A DNA stretch of 64,000 nt, from the NCBI RefSeq assembly GCF_018977255.1, contig NW_024704743.1, positions 65,660,001-65,724,000 of the forward strand. Direction: 5' to 3'. The first letter of the stretch is position 1; the number at the start of each line of letters is the position of its first letter. Positions 23,886 to 35,375 of this stretch are shown piece by piece. This DNA is from Callorhinchus milii. Its lineage: Eukaryota. Both the position numbers and the translations under genes were made by a program. Under the pieces are notes generated by a model. That model was not told the DNA's origin, searched no databases, and was given only the letters and a program-made list of their open reading frames with translations.

Positions 23886-24539
23886 GTCAGAAAACAATTC
23901 ACATTGCTGACAGGGAACCTGAGCTGGGGGAGGGGAAAGGAGGAGCTGAGGAGGTGGGGCGAAGTGGGCGTGGTGGTGATGACCGAAAACAACGTCCAGT
24001 GGAGCTTATCATAACTACAAAAATTTGATACCATGGGCTCACGTTGCTCTGAGGCAGTTGAGCCATCTTTCTCAGCCTTTTATATAAAACTTCTGCAAAC
24101 ATTCATGAAGTGATTGATGGGGATTGTTGGCCAGGACACCAGGAGAAACTCCATACTCTGAACACATGAATACTGTGTCTGGTGCAATGAGTCTTATAAT
24201 TATCTGGGTGCTGGTTGGGAAACGGCTACTGTTCACTTCACCAATCTGTGGGCCAATGAGGAAAAAATCAACCTGAGTTCCTGATCCTGATCAATATCAA
24301 GCAACCACCCCACACTAGAAAGTGACTGTATGTACACACAAGGGTAAATGTGATAGATCTGTCTGGATGAAAATGGCACATGCTGTGGTCTGATCTCATT
24401 TGTCCAGGAAACCCATCCCTCTGTCCCCTCATCACAGCATCGAGGTGCTTTTTGAATGAATCTAGTATCCTGGTCTCTACCACCATTTCTGGCATCCTGT
24501 TCCAGTTCTCTTGTTCTACTATCATGATACATACACTGT

Positions 24540-25483
24540 TGATGACAGTACAGCCAGCCTGGCTCATCAGAAGGACCTGGAAGGGCAGACCAGTCACTGG
24601 GGGCAGGAAGTTATCCCACTCAGCTCCTGGTAATCCTACAAGCCAAAGCCCTAATGGGTAGGGTGGTCCGAGCTGGACAAGCAGCGGGAAAGCTTTCCAG
24701 ACAGCAATATCGATGGCACACTTTGTGGTTTTAGCTGGTTTGACTCTTGCCAACCTGTGCCTAATACTTTCCAGAATTAGATAAGCAGATGCGGCCCTCC
24801 AGGGAGAGAGTGCACATTCCATTCCAATAATCTATCTGTGGGATTTCCATGTGTTTGTTAGAATTTATATTTTATATTTTTTGTATAATGTTAAAATCAT
24901 AATAGATGTTGCGAACGGGATAACTTTTAGATTAAGTATGAGCCAACCGGACACCCCCACGGGAACTCTTGGGCAGGACTGAAACTCATGATTGACACTC
25001 GTCTCAAGGACAATATGTGTGCTACTGTACGTACGCTCAAGATAATGTGAGTGTCTCAAGGACAATGTGGGTGCTGCTGCACGTACACACCATGAGATGT
25101 TCACATGAACCCAGTATGATTTGGGCCAGGTGATCTAATGTCTGCACCACGATTGGATAGACACAAGCTTAATACGCAGTGCCAGACCAAGATCAGCGCA
25201 CCCAGGACAGTACCTATCGTGGATGGAAGACTGAGAGCTAGAATGAGAAGTAGACGACCACGAGGAGGGATTACACGGTAGTATTGTTCTGTTAGTGAAT
25301 CGATTGATTGTGCCTACTTGCCCACGCCCATTGGGAACTTGGACGGATCCTTGAGTTTAATAAACACCACTCTGGTGGCAAACAGAAGCTGTGTTTGATT
25401 GGAACTCGTTTTTTTTTCTAACATGTTGGTGGGATGCACGGAAATCTCAGCTTGCTGTCAGACACCCGGCTGACCAAAAAAAA
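24540..25483 (+). repeat. Unclassified poly(A)-ended repeat split by the solo LTR
   Basis: Removing 24856-25427 rejoins ggatttccatgtgtt|ggtgggatgcacggaaatctcagcttg, colinear with 13670-13712. Confidence 0.7.
24856..25423 (+). mobile_element. Solo LTR, Gypsy/Ty3-type (568 bp)
   Basis: TG...CA termini with a perfect 8-bp inverted repeat TGTTAGAA/TTCTAACA; 4-bp TSD TGTT at 24852-24855 and 25424-25427; AATAAA at 25359-25364; cleanly interrupts another repeat. Confidence 0.85.
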
Positions 25484-28400
25484 TACATCCCAAAGTATTA
25501 ATCTGGTTTGACTTTTTCAGAAGGACAGGATTTTCCCTCCTCCCCCATGGTGGCAGAACCCATCGCTATTTACATTCACACAAGAAAACAGGGCACCGAT
25601 GCTGCTTTTACATTGTAGGACAGGAGAGAATGAAAAGTGAAGGCAGCTAACGCTTGACCTTCATTGTATAGAGCAGCTATTCATTTGTAAACCATCGTTA
25701 AATGGAGGGATGACAGCATACGAGATGCATAATTGTAACATGAGTGAGACCTTTCAAAGCTGTTTTCCTGATCACAAAAAAACAAAGCACATCTCTACTG
25801 ACAAGTGGGGGGGGGGGGGGGGGAGGAGAGAAATTAAATGTCACATCCAACACATGCCTTTCATTGTCTCAATGCCACTGGCCTGTGGGAGGGGACATTG
25901 AGGAGACAGCACTGACACTTTTACGGTATTATTACTATGGTTTCTAATAATGTCCTGACAGCATCAACATAAAGGATCTTCTGGAATTATTGTTGTGGGT
26001 CTTTGTTTGCATGTGTCTTGACAAGTTACAAAATACAGTGCTAAGAATCTACTCAGCAAGAACCAGATAGGAGGAGTCCTTTATTTGGAATATTATTCAA
26101 AAAACAATGCCTCCAAAATAGATGAATTTGAAGCAAAACAGAAAGAAAGAAGACAAAACATTCCATTGTATATGTAAAAAAGCAAAGAAAATAAAATAAA
26201 AGCTACATTTTAGAATTTGTTAAGTTAGATGAATTTCCAAGACTGAATGCCCTTTGTTGATCAGGGTGGGAATGTAGAAATACAATTGTGGGGGATTCTA
26301 TTTTTAATTTAGGACTGCCACTGATTTTTAGGACCTATGAATTAAGTATAAGATACAAACATTAAGGACATTCCCAGGATTCAAATTATTCTACACAAGT
26401 GGTCTCCGTCTTGTTTATTTAGAAGGATATCTCTGATTCAATGGTGTCAACATCTATGGAGGGCCGCTGACACGATCTGCACTGTGTGGAAAAAAGCACT
26501 TTCAATTAGCATGGCCTGATCAGTCTAATATGACATAAGCGATACATAGGACTTTGAGAACAAATCACAATCATAGGGTCAGGTGACTTTTAGCATTACC
26601 TTTTCAGTCGTGAATGCTGGGTTTGGTCCAGTGAGTCTTATAATCATAGCTTACTGCTTTATGAAACCCCTTGAAAATGTGAAGACTGCTGTAGTTGGCA
26701 ATTTAGTATAATTGAGACCATAATGGTTCAAACATGCTACATTTCTCCATTTGGTAGAAATAAAATTAGAAACAAAATGTTGGAAATATATCAGAGAATG
26801 TTGAAAATGGACAATTTCAGATCACCTTTCAAGGCATGCCAGTGTCTGAAAGCAAGTGTAAGGGTACATCAAAGGTACATATTTCCCTCTGTAGGGAGAA
26901 ACACACAGCTTATTAATACAAAGAAGAATTATTACACAGATAAAAAATGCAAGCAAAAGCTCCTCCATCGTAATTATTAATTGTGGAGCACTTTCCTTTC
27001 CCCAACTTCAACACTGGTTGGATCTGAGGACAACTCAGATATTGACTGCCACCATATTTGTTTCTGTTAATGACAACCCAGCCACCATTGTGTTAGTCGC
27101 TGTGCGAAGATTTCAGTGTTGCTTCACTGGCTTCATTTGATTGATTTCCCCCGAGGTTTTGCTCGTGAATCCACCAGTCACGGACTCCATATTCCCTCCC
27201 TCTCCTCCCAACACAATAAAGTGACAATCATCTCTCCCGTCCAAAAAAGGGGAAACAGGAAACAGAGAGAAAATGTCATGGGAAAAATATTAGAAAAAAA
27301 TAAAAACAACAGTTTTTCAATGTGAAGTTTTGATTTTAGATCTTTTATTTCACAAATCAATACACAATGTAATTTAGTACTAAAACGTGGATCTGAATTA
27401 AACAGCATGTTAACCTGTTGACAGTCTTGGTTCTTCTCAGTGGCCTGAGGGTTTATTTGAAACCTACATGGCCAGGGAGGTCTGTTTTTCCTCAATTAAT
27501 GCATTCCATGATTTGCTTGACTGCCAGCCACAGGTACAAGTTTCCATCCAACTCTGCACCTATTATTACTTCAGTTACAGAATGCTCTAACTTTACATGG
27601 GGAGGGAAGAGAACTTTCTTCGATCATGGCATGTAACACACTTTTGAACCAATTATGCATCAGGACGTCACACATACTTCAAAGACAAGAGTTTGCTCCT
27701 TGATGAATCTTGTGGTGAAATGAAACACTAAATAAAGAACCAAGAACTGATAAAGCTTAACATCTTGCCCTGCATGTCCCTCGCTGGGAGTTGAAATTTT
27801 GAAGTTGAGTTTTTGTGATGAACAATGTAGTTTTTTTTAAATGAAGGGTTTTATTTGGTCACCCAGGACACACGTAGAAACCCATTACCATGCTTAAAAG
27901 TATCCAAACCAAACTGCTAAGAATTTCACACATGCATAGAAATTTCCATTTGTCTGGAATGGTGTGTACACACTGTACCCCAGAGGAATGAATTCTGTTC
28001 ACCTAATCTTGTAAATTATCCGTTCTGTTGCTGGGAATTCATTCCACATATACAGCTTTTCATTAAAATGTGGGTTTGGTTATAGAGAGCAGATGCCAAC
28101 ATTTATCTCAAATATTCCAAAATGTGGGCACTGACAGCATGCACAGCACACAGGACGTGATGTTGGTGGTAACCATATGACCTGCACCTGTCTTTGTCTT
28201 TCCACTAGTAATTGTCTTCATGCACAGTGAGTACATAAATGTTGACTGGGCTCGGTGCCCTGTTATAGTCCTGTCTGCCACTTTCAGCCACTATGTCCCG
28301 AAACTCTGAACCACTCTTCCCTTTTCCCTCTACCTTGCCTCTTCCTTCCCCATCTTCAGGTCTGAAGACCTTCCTCTTTTCCGTGCCTACGGTCATCTCC

Positions 28401-28503
28401 CCCTCCCCCCAGCTCGTTGATGGATAAATAATGACATTTATTTTACCTTGATTTACCTTGATTTTTAGCCACTTCCAGGTCGTAAGGTTAATAATAAAAA
28501 AAT

Positions 28504-28833
28504 TAACAATCCTTGCATTTGGTAATAATAATAATCCTTGCATTTGATATAGCACTTTTCACGTCTTCTAGATGTCTCAAAGTGCTTCACAGAATATATT
28601 GTAAAGTGAATTGACCGTATAGTTGTGGGCGAAATGCGGCAGCCAATTGCGCACAGCAGTGTCCCACAAACAGTCGTGGATTGAATTGACCAAATTATTA
28701 TTGTTTTTTTTCTTGAGGGATTATTATCAGGCGTGTGGAGTAGGGAAACTTGCTCAAGGTTTTGCCCTGCCGGGAATCAAACCCAGGTCTCTCGCTTGTG
28801 AGGCAAGTGCTCTAACCCCTGAGCTACAGGATT
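28504..28833 (-). mobile_element. Full-length young tRNA-derived SINE with a duplicated tail segment
   Basis: Reverse complement of the 4619 family; aatccttgcatttg occurs twice at the 3' end. Confidence 0.9.
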
Positions 28834-28839
28834 ACATCA

Positions 28840-29505
28840 GCAAGCTGTTTGCTGTTGAAAAGTTCTTGATTATCAAATGATCGCTCATCATTCCTTTAAC
28901 ACTGGGAATCATACTCATTGCTCTCTTCTGCTTCAAGGCCTTAACAACCCCTTATGTTATGGTGACCAGAACTATATACAGTACTCTTGGGGAGTCTGTC
29001 CAAATCATTGCACAGAGTGAGCATGATGTCTGGGAATTTGAACTCTTCTATCCTCTTGGTGATCCCCATTGCCTTTGTCAAGAACTTTGACCCAAGCAAA
29101 AGGTGCTATTTAATTGCACATAACTGGTATTTTATGATCTCATTGCATTACACACACCTCACATTATACACATCAGTTTCAGGCTTGAGAGACAATGACT
29201 CACAGAGTGTATAGTATTTTAAATGATACTGAAGAAGTAAACCCAGAACAATACTTTACGATGCAACAGGACAGCAGAACCAGAGGACACAGGTTTAGAG
29301 TTGTAAAGGGCAATTTCAGGACAGATACCAGGAAATGTTACTTTTCTTATAGGGTAATTAATGATTGGAGCAGGTTGTCAGGAAGCGAAGTTAAAATTAG
29401 GACACTGGTAATCTGGAGGGATGAGGTTAGATGGTCTGAAAGGCTTTCTTTATCTGAGCCAATCTCGTGATGTAGCTTATCTTGTGACATAATACAATTC
29501 ATAAC
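28840..29505. mobile_element. CR1 LINE 3' portion with its upstream half inverted
   Basis: ~28840-29170 is antisense to the EYCI.FWSP...AMSMIP region; ~29180-29505 is sense (VYSILN...DSRTRGHRFRVVKGNFRTD) plus 3' end. Confidence 0.65.
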
Positions 29506-29750
29506 CCAGACATTTTGTAAGTAGGCAATCCTGTGCCAGGGCTGTGTCTGTCTGCTGTCTAAATAGCTGCCAGGAACGATATAAGATGGATGCAACCTCC
29601 AGTGTTTAATCATTCACTAGCTGATTCAGTAAACATCACAAACTCTGCCTGTAGTGCAGTAAATCAGTCCACCAGTACAGCTCACCTGTTAAACATCTCC
29701 ATCAATGATTGTGCAAGATTTTAAATCCTCAATTTGATCCAAGTGTATAT

Positions 29751-29857
29751 AGCTCACTGCAATGCTTTATAACATAAGAAGACCACATATGCCACCTAGA
29801 GGAGAATTTATTACATACAAAAACACCTTCTTATGTTATAAAGCATTGCAGTAAGCT
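29751..29857. repeat. 107-bp palindromic (MITE-like) element with 31-bp arms
   Basis: agctcactgcaatgctttataacataagaag (29751-29781) against the reverse complement of 29827-29857: 30 of 31 identical. Confidence 0.8.
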
Positions 29858-29859
29858 TG

Positions 29860-30380
29860 AGGGAAAGGAATGGGGAGGGATGTCAACCGTTTTGAAGAGG
29901 GTGGGAACTGTGCCAGTGGACAGAGAGGTTGATGATGTCCTTTAGCAGGACCGCAAGGAAATAGACCTGGAAGGTCAGGAGAGGGGTGGGCATGTGGTCA
30001 AAGGAGCACGTGGTGCTCTTCATTCAGGAGACGACAGAACAAAGGGAAAAGCGAGAGATGGGGTTGAGTGGAGATAGCAATGAGTGGAGGTCAGAGGGGT
30101 GGAAGTGGAGGTGGGGAGGGGGTGGCAGTAGCAAGGGCAGAGGCAGCAGATCGGATCCTCTTGACTTTGGTTTCAAGGAAGTATATCATCTCCTTGCATT
30201 TGGAGTTGGATGAGCAAATGGATGGGCATTGGAAGGTAGGTGAAGGAACTGGTTTGTGTTGGAGAAGAGTAGCCTGGGCTTCTTCTTGGCCTCCAGGGTG
30301 ATCCTGAAATAGAAGGATGATTTGTTTGAGGTAAAGGTGGAGCAGTAGATTTTGGTGCAGTCCAGTGAAATCTGGTGTGG
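29860..30380 (-). mobile_element. L2 internal fragment (upstream of RT)
   Basis: Purine-rich antisense of the region seen at 5480-5800 and 19400-19870 (gagaggttgatgatgtcc; gatcctgaaatagaagg). Confidence 0.65.
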
Positions 30381-30441
30381 ATCTTTAAGTTGGATTTGAG
30401 CCAGGTGTGTTCAGCAGCTCAAATTGCATTAGTAGTAGACA

Positions 30442-31385
30442 GGTTAGTTTAGGACCACTGCTTATTCCATTTATATAAGTGATCTTAATTCTGGTATAAG
30501 GGGTACGATTTCTGAGTTTGCAGACCACACAAAAAGTAGCTATCAATGAAAGAGATTGTAGGAAACTTAAGGGGGACCTAGACAGAATAGTTGATTGAGC
30601 AAAGAAATGACAAATTACATTTAATGTGGACAAAAACATTTTTGGAGGAAGATTAAGGAGAAAAAGCATATGTTGAGTGGTAAAATATTAAAAAGAGTGG
30701 AAGAAGAAAGGGACTTGGGGGTTAATGTACATAAATCATTAGAGATGGGAAGGCAGGTGGGCAAAGCTGTCAAAAAAACTAATGGGATTTTAGGCTTTAT
30801 AAATAGGGGCACAGAATATAAAAGCAAAGAAGTAATGCTAATTTTATTTAAAAATGTTAGCTAGACCACGATTAGAATATTGTGTCCAGTAGATATTAAG
30901 GTGAAAGAGGGGTGCAGAGATTTACTGGGGATGATACAGGGGTGAATGGTTTGGTCTATAAGCGAAGACTGGAGAAACTGGAACTTTTTGCCATTAGAAC
31001 AAAGAAGGTTGTTAGGTGACCTGATTGTGGTCTTTAAAGTCATGAGGGGTTTTGATAGTGTCAATAGGGAGAAACATTTCCACTGGGCGATGAGTCAGTA
31101 ACTAGAGGGCATCAATTTAAGATAAACAAGCAAATGGGGAAATTAAGAAAAATGTTTTCACACGTACAGAAGATAGAATATGGAATGCCAGGATTGGTGT
31201 TTGAGGCAAAATCAATATTAGCCTTCAATAGGGAACCAGATAAATACCTTAAAAAGAATCAGCTGCAGGGATATGGGCCAAAGGGCAGGTAAGTGGGACT
31301 GAAAGGATTTTTCTTGAGGGAGCAGGTACAGACACAGTGGGCTGAATACCCTTCTTTTGTGCCATAAATATCTATGGTTCTATGG
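30442..31385 (+). mobile_element. CR1 LINE 3' half (RT C-terminus and 3' end)
   Basis: FADHT..., EERDLGVNVHKSL...AVKKTNGILGFINRGTEYKSKEVML; tail gggctgaataccctt...tctatggttctatg. Confidence 0.9.
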
Positions 31386-31527
31386 CTTCTAGTCACAATT
31401 AGAATGTAATAATTTGGTCACTCAATCCACCACTGTTTGAGGGACACTGCTGTGCACGATTGGCTGCTGCGTTTCGCCCACAAAATATACAGTTAATTCA
31501 CTTAACAGTATATTCTGCGAAGCTCTT

Positions 31528-31873
31528 TAGGAACATAGGAACAGGAAGAGGCCATTCAGCCCTTCGAGCCTGTTCTGCCATTTAATTCGATCTTGGCTGA
31601 TCTGTATTTCAATTAATCCTTTCAATTTCTGACTTTCTCCTCGTATCCCTTAATACCCTAACCTAACAAAAATCTATCAACCTCACTCTTGAAGGTGTGG
31701 ATGGATCCAGCATCCACTGCCTTTTGGGGCAGAGAATTCCAGATTTCTACCACCCTTTGAGTGAAAAAATGCTTCCTGATTTCACTCTTAAATGGCCTGG
31801 TTCTAATTTTAAGACTATGCCCCTTGTTTTGGATTTCCCCACCAGAGGAAATAGCTTTTCTGTATCTCTCTGT
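31528..31873 (-). mobile_element. CR1 3' end inserted into a SINE (SINE halves at 31415-31527 and 31874-31932)
   Basis: Starts with the CR1 tail taggaacataggaacagg...gccattcagcccttcgagcc; flanked by AGCTCT at 31521-31526 and 31874-31879 (likely TSD). Confidence 0.85.
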
Positions 31874-34800
31874 AGCTCTGAGACATCTCGAAGACGTGAT
31901 ACGGCGCTACATCAAATGCAAGGATTATTATTCTATATTTCAAATTCTGTTTGCAAGTATCACAAACTAATTCCCACACGAATGGGTGGCACAATGGTTG
32001 AGAGGACTAGGTTTCACTCTGGGATCTAAATTGGAATCCATTTCAGACTGAAAGGTTGAGCGTCTCTCTGTGTGATTGCTATTCTAAGGCACTTACAGAA
32101 ATAAAGAGAATAATATAAAACTAACCAGAATTGAATATTAATGGACAACCTCCCTCAGAATCCTCAATGGCAGCTATTGTAAGGTATATTGTACTCGTTA
32201 ATGTGCTCTTCTGAGGCTAGGTTAAGATGAATTTTGGGTCTGCTTTACATTAAGCAAACCTGCTTGATGCTGAAATAGCAAACGAGTCAGGAATACTTTA
32301 ATTTGCACTGCTGATTCTCATCTCACCTTAACATTTAAAAAAATGCTAAATAAATCTTACTAGTCAGTAAAATATGAAGCTGCAGCGAACCTGACATTAT
32401 AGGGTTAATGATGTGGGTTTACAAGCAGGAATAGACAACAGAAGATTCATTGTTTTAGTTCATGGCCAGACGGACTGAGTTGTATCTCTTTATAATGAAG
32501 TTTTCAGATAGAATGTCACACTCCTTAATGATTTGTACATAGTAAATGGGTTCCTGGAAATAAGTCCTTGGTCTGTTATACCTTTGAGGACACTCTTGTA
32601 TGGGTCTATTGTACTATGGAAGAAGGAATACATATAAATTAATTCCTGTTTAAAAATGATCAGGTCAGATGGCCTGAGATGGAGTCCTAATAATGCAGAA
32701 GTTTAAGGTATTTAGGTATAAATAAGATATTTATTTAGGTTACAGTATTTTAGGTGTAAAACAGTGGGTCAGCATATTCCATCTGTCTATGTGTTTGCCT
32801 ACAAAATAATAAAATAATAAGAATCCTTACATTTGATACAGTGGCTATAATGTTAAGATATCTCAAAGCGATTCACAGGATTTATTGTGAAGTGTAGCGA
32901 CTGTGTAATTTGAAGTGTAAAGGAACATACATATACTTCACTTAACAAAAATGATCTGTAAAGCACTTTGACATGTTTTGACAATGTGGAATACAATACA
33001 AATTTACATTTACACAGTGCCTTTCACTTCGGGAGGCCATCCCAAGGTGCTTAGCATTCCTGACTATTTCATATGCAAACATTATTTTTAGTATGGCCTC
33101 CCTATGTCCCAGAGTGAACCAAAGAAAACCTACAGAATGTTTTTCCATCCCTTGCCTCTACTATTGAAATTTTATCTTTTTCCCACTGTTGAAAACATTA
33201 CTATTCCCTCCCCCGTGTCTTCAGTATAATTCTGCATCCTACCAAGAATTCATCTCTTGCTTTCTCTTTTATAATCTTTTGGCATGCTTTCCCGTGGTAT
33301 TAAACAATTCTCTTTGCTAGAAAGTTTAGATCTGTCTCTGTCTAGAATTGTCAATATTCCCCCCATTTCTTTTATTTTGATATCTCTCTTTCTATGCCTG
33401 CATTTATCTCCTTTTTACAAGGTCTCTCTTTCTTTCTCACTTGTGAGCCACACTGCACTTGCTGTGAAACTCTGGCAGACAGCAATACTCAACCGACCCG
33501 ATCCCTATAGTCCTCTCGAACTGACTGGTTTTGGTAACTGGCAATTGTGTTTAGTAATATCACAAGACTTTGACAGGTATTTCCTTTATCTATCCCCAGT
33601 GGCTTGAATTTCCACCTAATCTTACCCTGTGACACTATTTTACCTTAACATTTAGGAATGTGCTGAATTATTAGATTCAGACTATGTTTGGAAGCTGGTT
33701 CTTTTTAAGTACTTTAGGAAACTGCCTCCCAAATTAAGTCTGAACTTCAGAATTTTCCACAATTCTGCACAATCTTAAATTTTAAAAGAAAATGATCTTA
33801 AGGTGGAATTGGATAGAACTTCGGTTCTCAGTTGAGTACTGATTCCTGCTAAACATAGATTCGATAGATAGTGCTTTTTTCTTGGTCAGTCGGGTGTCTG
33901 ACATATGAATAAACCAATCACATTGCTTAAGAGTATCCAAATCAAACTGAGAGTCCCATAAGTCCCACCTATACACAGGGACATCAGCAAAAATATAGCA
34001 GCAATACAGATTCTTGTACAAGGGCAATGCTAAGGTCATACAAGTGTTAAATCTAGAACCCTGCTAAAATAAAATAAGACAGCAGAAAAGAAATTGGGAA
34101 TGAGAACTGGCAATTCCATTGACCCATGGGTAGATCGCATCTGAACCAATCTCAAATAACCTACCTTAGTGACATTCCAACTCCCTGGCTACTACCTTTG
34201 CTCTACCAGCTTCATGACCCTGACTGTTCCACCCCACTATCAGTTGATGAGCTTTCATCCACTTTGCCTTGCCCTCAGGACCTCTCTTCCCATATCCCTC
34301 TATCTTGCCCTCTGCGTCTCAACTTTTTAAACTTCCAAAAATCTCTGTGCTTGACTTTGGTTTAAGCCATTCTCCTTGCATTTCTTGTTTCCCTCTTAGC
34401 TCGGTCTCCCACTCAGTCTTCGTAAAGTGCTTTCAGATGTTCTCCCTACATGATTGGCACTGTATAAGTGAAAATTGTTGTTGAATACACAATGTTGCCG
34501 GTATAGGTTAGTTGCCATGTTTGTGTATCTAACAACAGTCACCCCACTTCAAAGTAACTAATTGTGAAGTACTTCAAAGCACGTTGATGAGATGTATCAA
34601 AACCTATTCATTTTTATGTTTTCAGTTTTGTTTCTCTTTTCTTAATCGGATCTATGTGCTTCCTGTTGGGTGGGCAAAAATGAAGACAAAATATTGTAAT
34701 TGGTTGCTCTCTATTGAAAAATAGGTCCAGAGAAATAATCTTGATGTATTTTACTTACATTCCTTGAATCATGTCCTGATAGCAAGAGATGGCATTAGTA

Positions 34801-35019
34801 GCATTTCATAACAGGTTTGATATGGTATCACATCAAAAGCATTATGAAATACCACTAATTTCACTCTTTTGCCTGCAGCAGCTTGTTTAATATATCAGTG
34901 GATTTAAAGATTAGTCTTTAGATTTAGATACAGCACAACTACCATCTGCAGGACATTTTAAAAATAAATTCAGTCATTTAATTAAGGCAAACGAATAATA
35001 ATTATTTTCTTACACTGGA

Positions 35020-35375
35020 TGTCAGGCATCAATCTGGCTCAGTTCATGGTACTCTTGTCTCAGTCAGAAGGTTATGGGTTTGAGCCTCTACATTGGGACT
35101 TTGAGCTCATATTCAAGAATCTAAATTGACAATCTAATGTAGTACTGGAGGAGCTCTGTATTGGCAGAGGTTTTGTCCTTCAGATGTTAAAGTCTACCTG
35201 TTCAGGTTAAAGATCCCGTGGCACAATTTGAAACGAGAAGGGAATTTCTTCCGTTGTCCTAGGCAACAATCCCCCAATTAAATATGTAATTCACTTAATT
35301 GTGGAATATTTCTGTGCGCAAATTGACTGCTGTATTTGCCTACAAATGCCCCTCAATTCACAGTAAGGATTATAT
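35020..35375 (+). mobile_element. Old DeuSINE (SacSINE1-like)
   Basis: Head gtcagaaggttatgggtttgagcc; Deu domain aagatcccgtggcacaatttgaa...gtcctaggcaacaatccc...tgtgcgcaaattgactgc. Confidence 0.75.
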
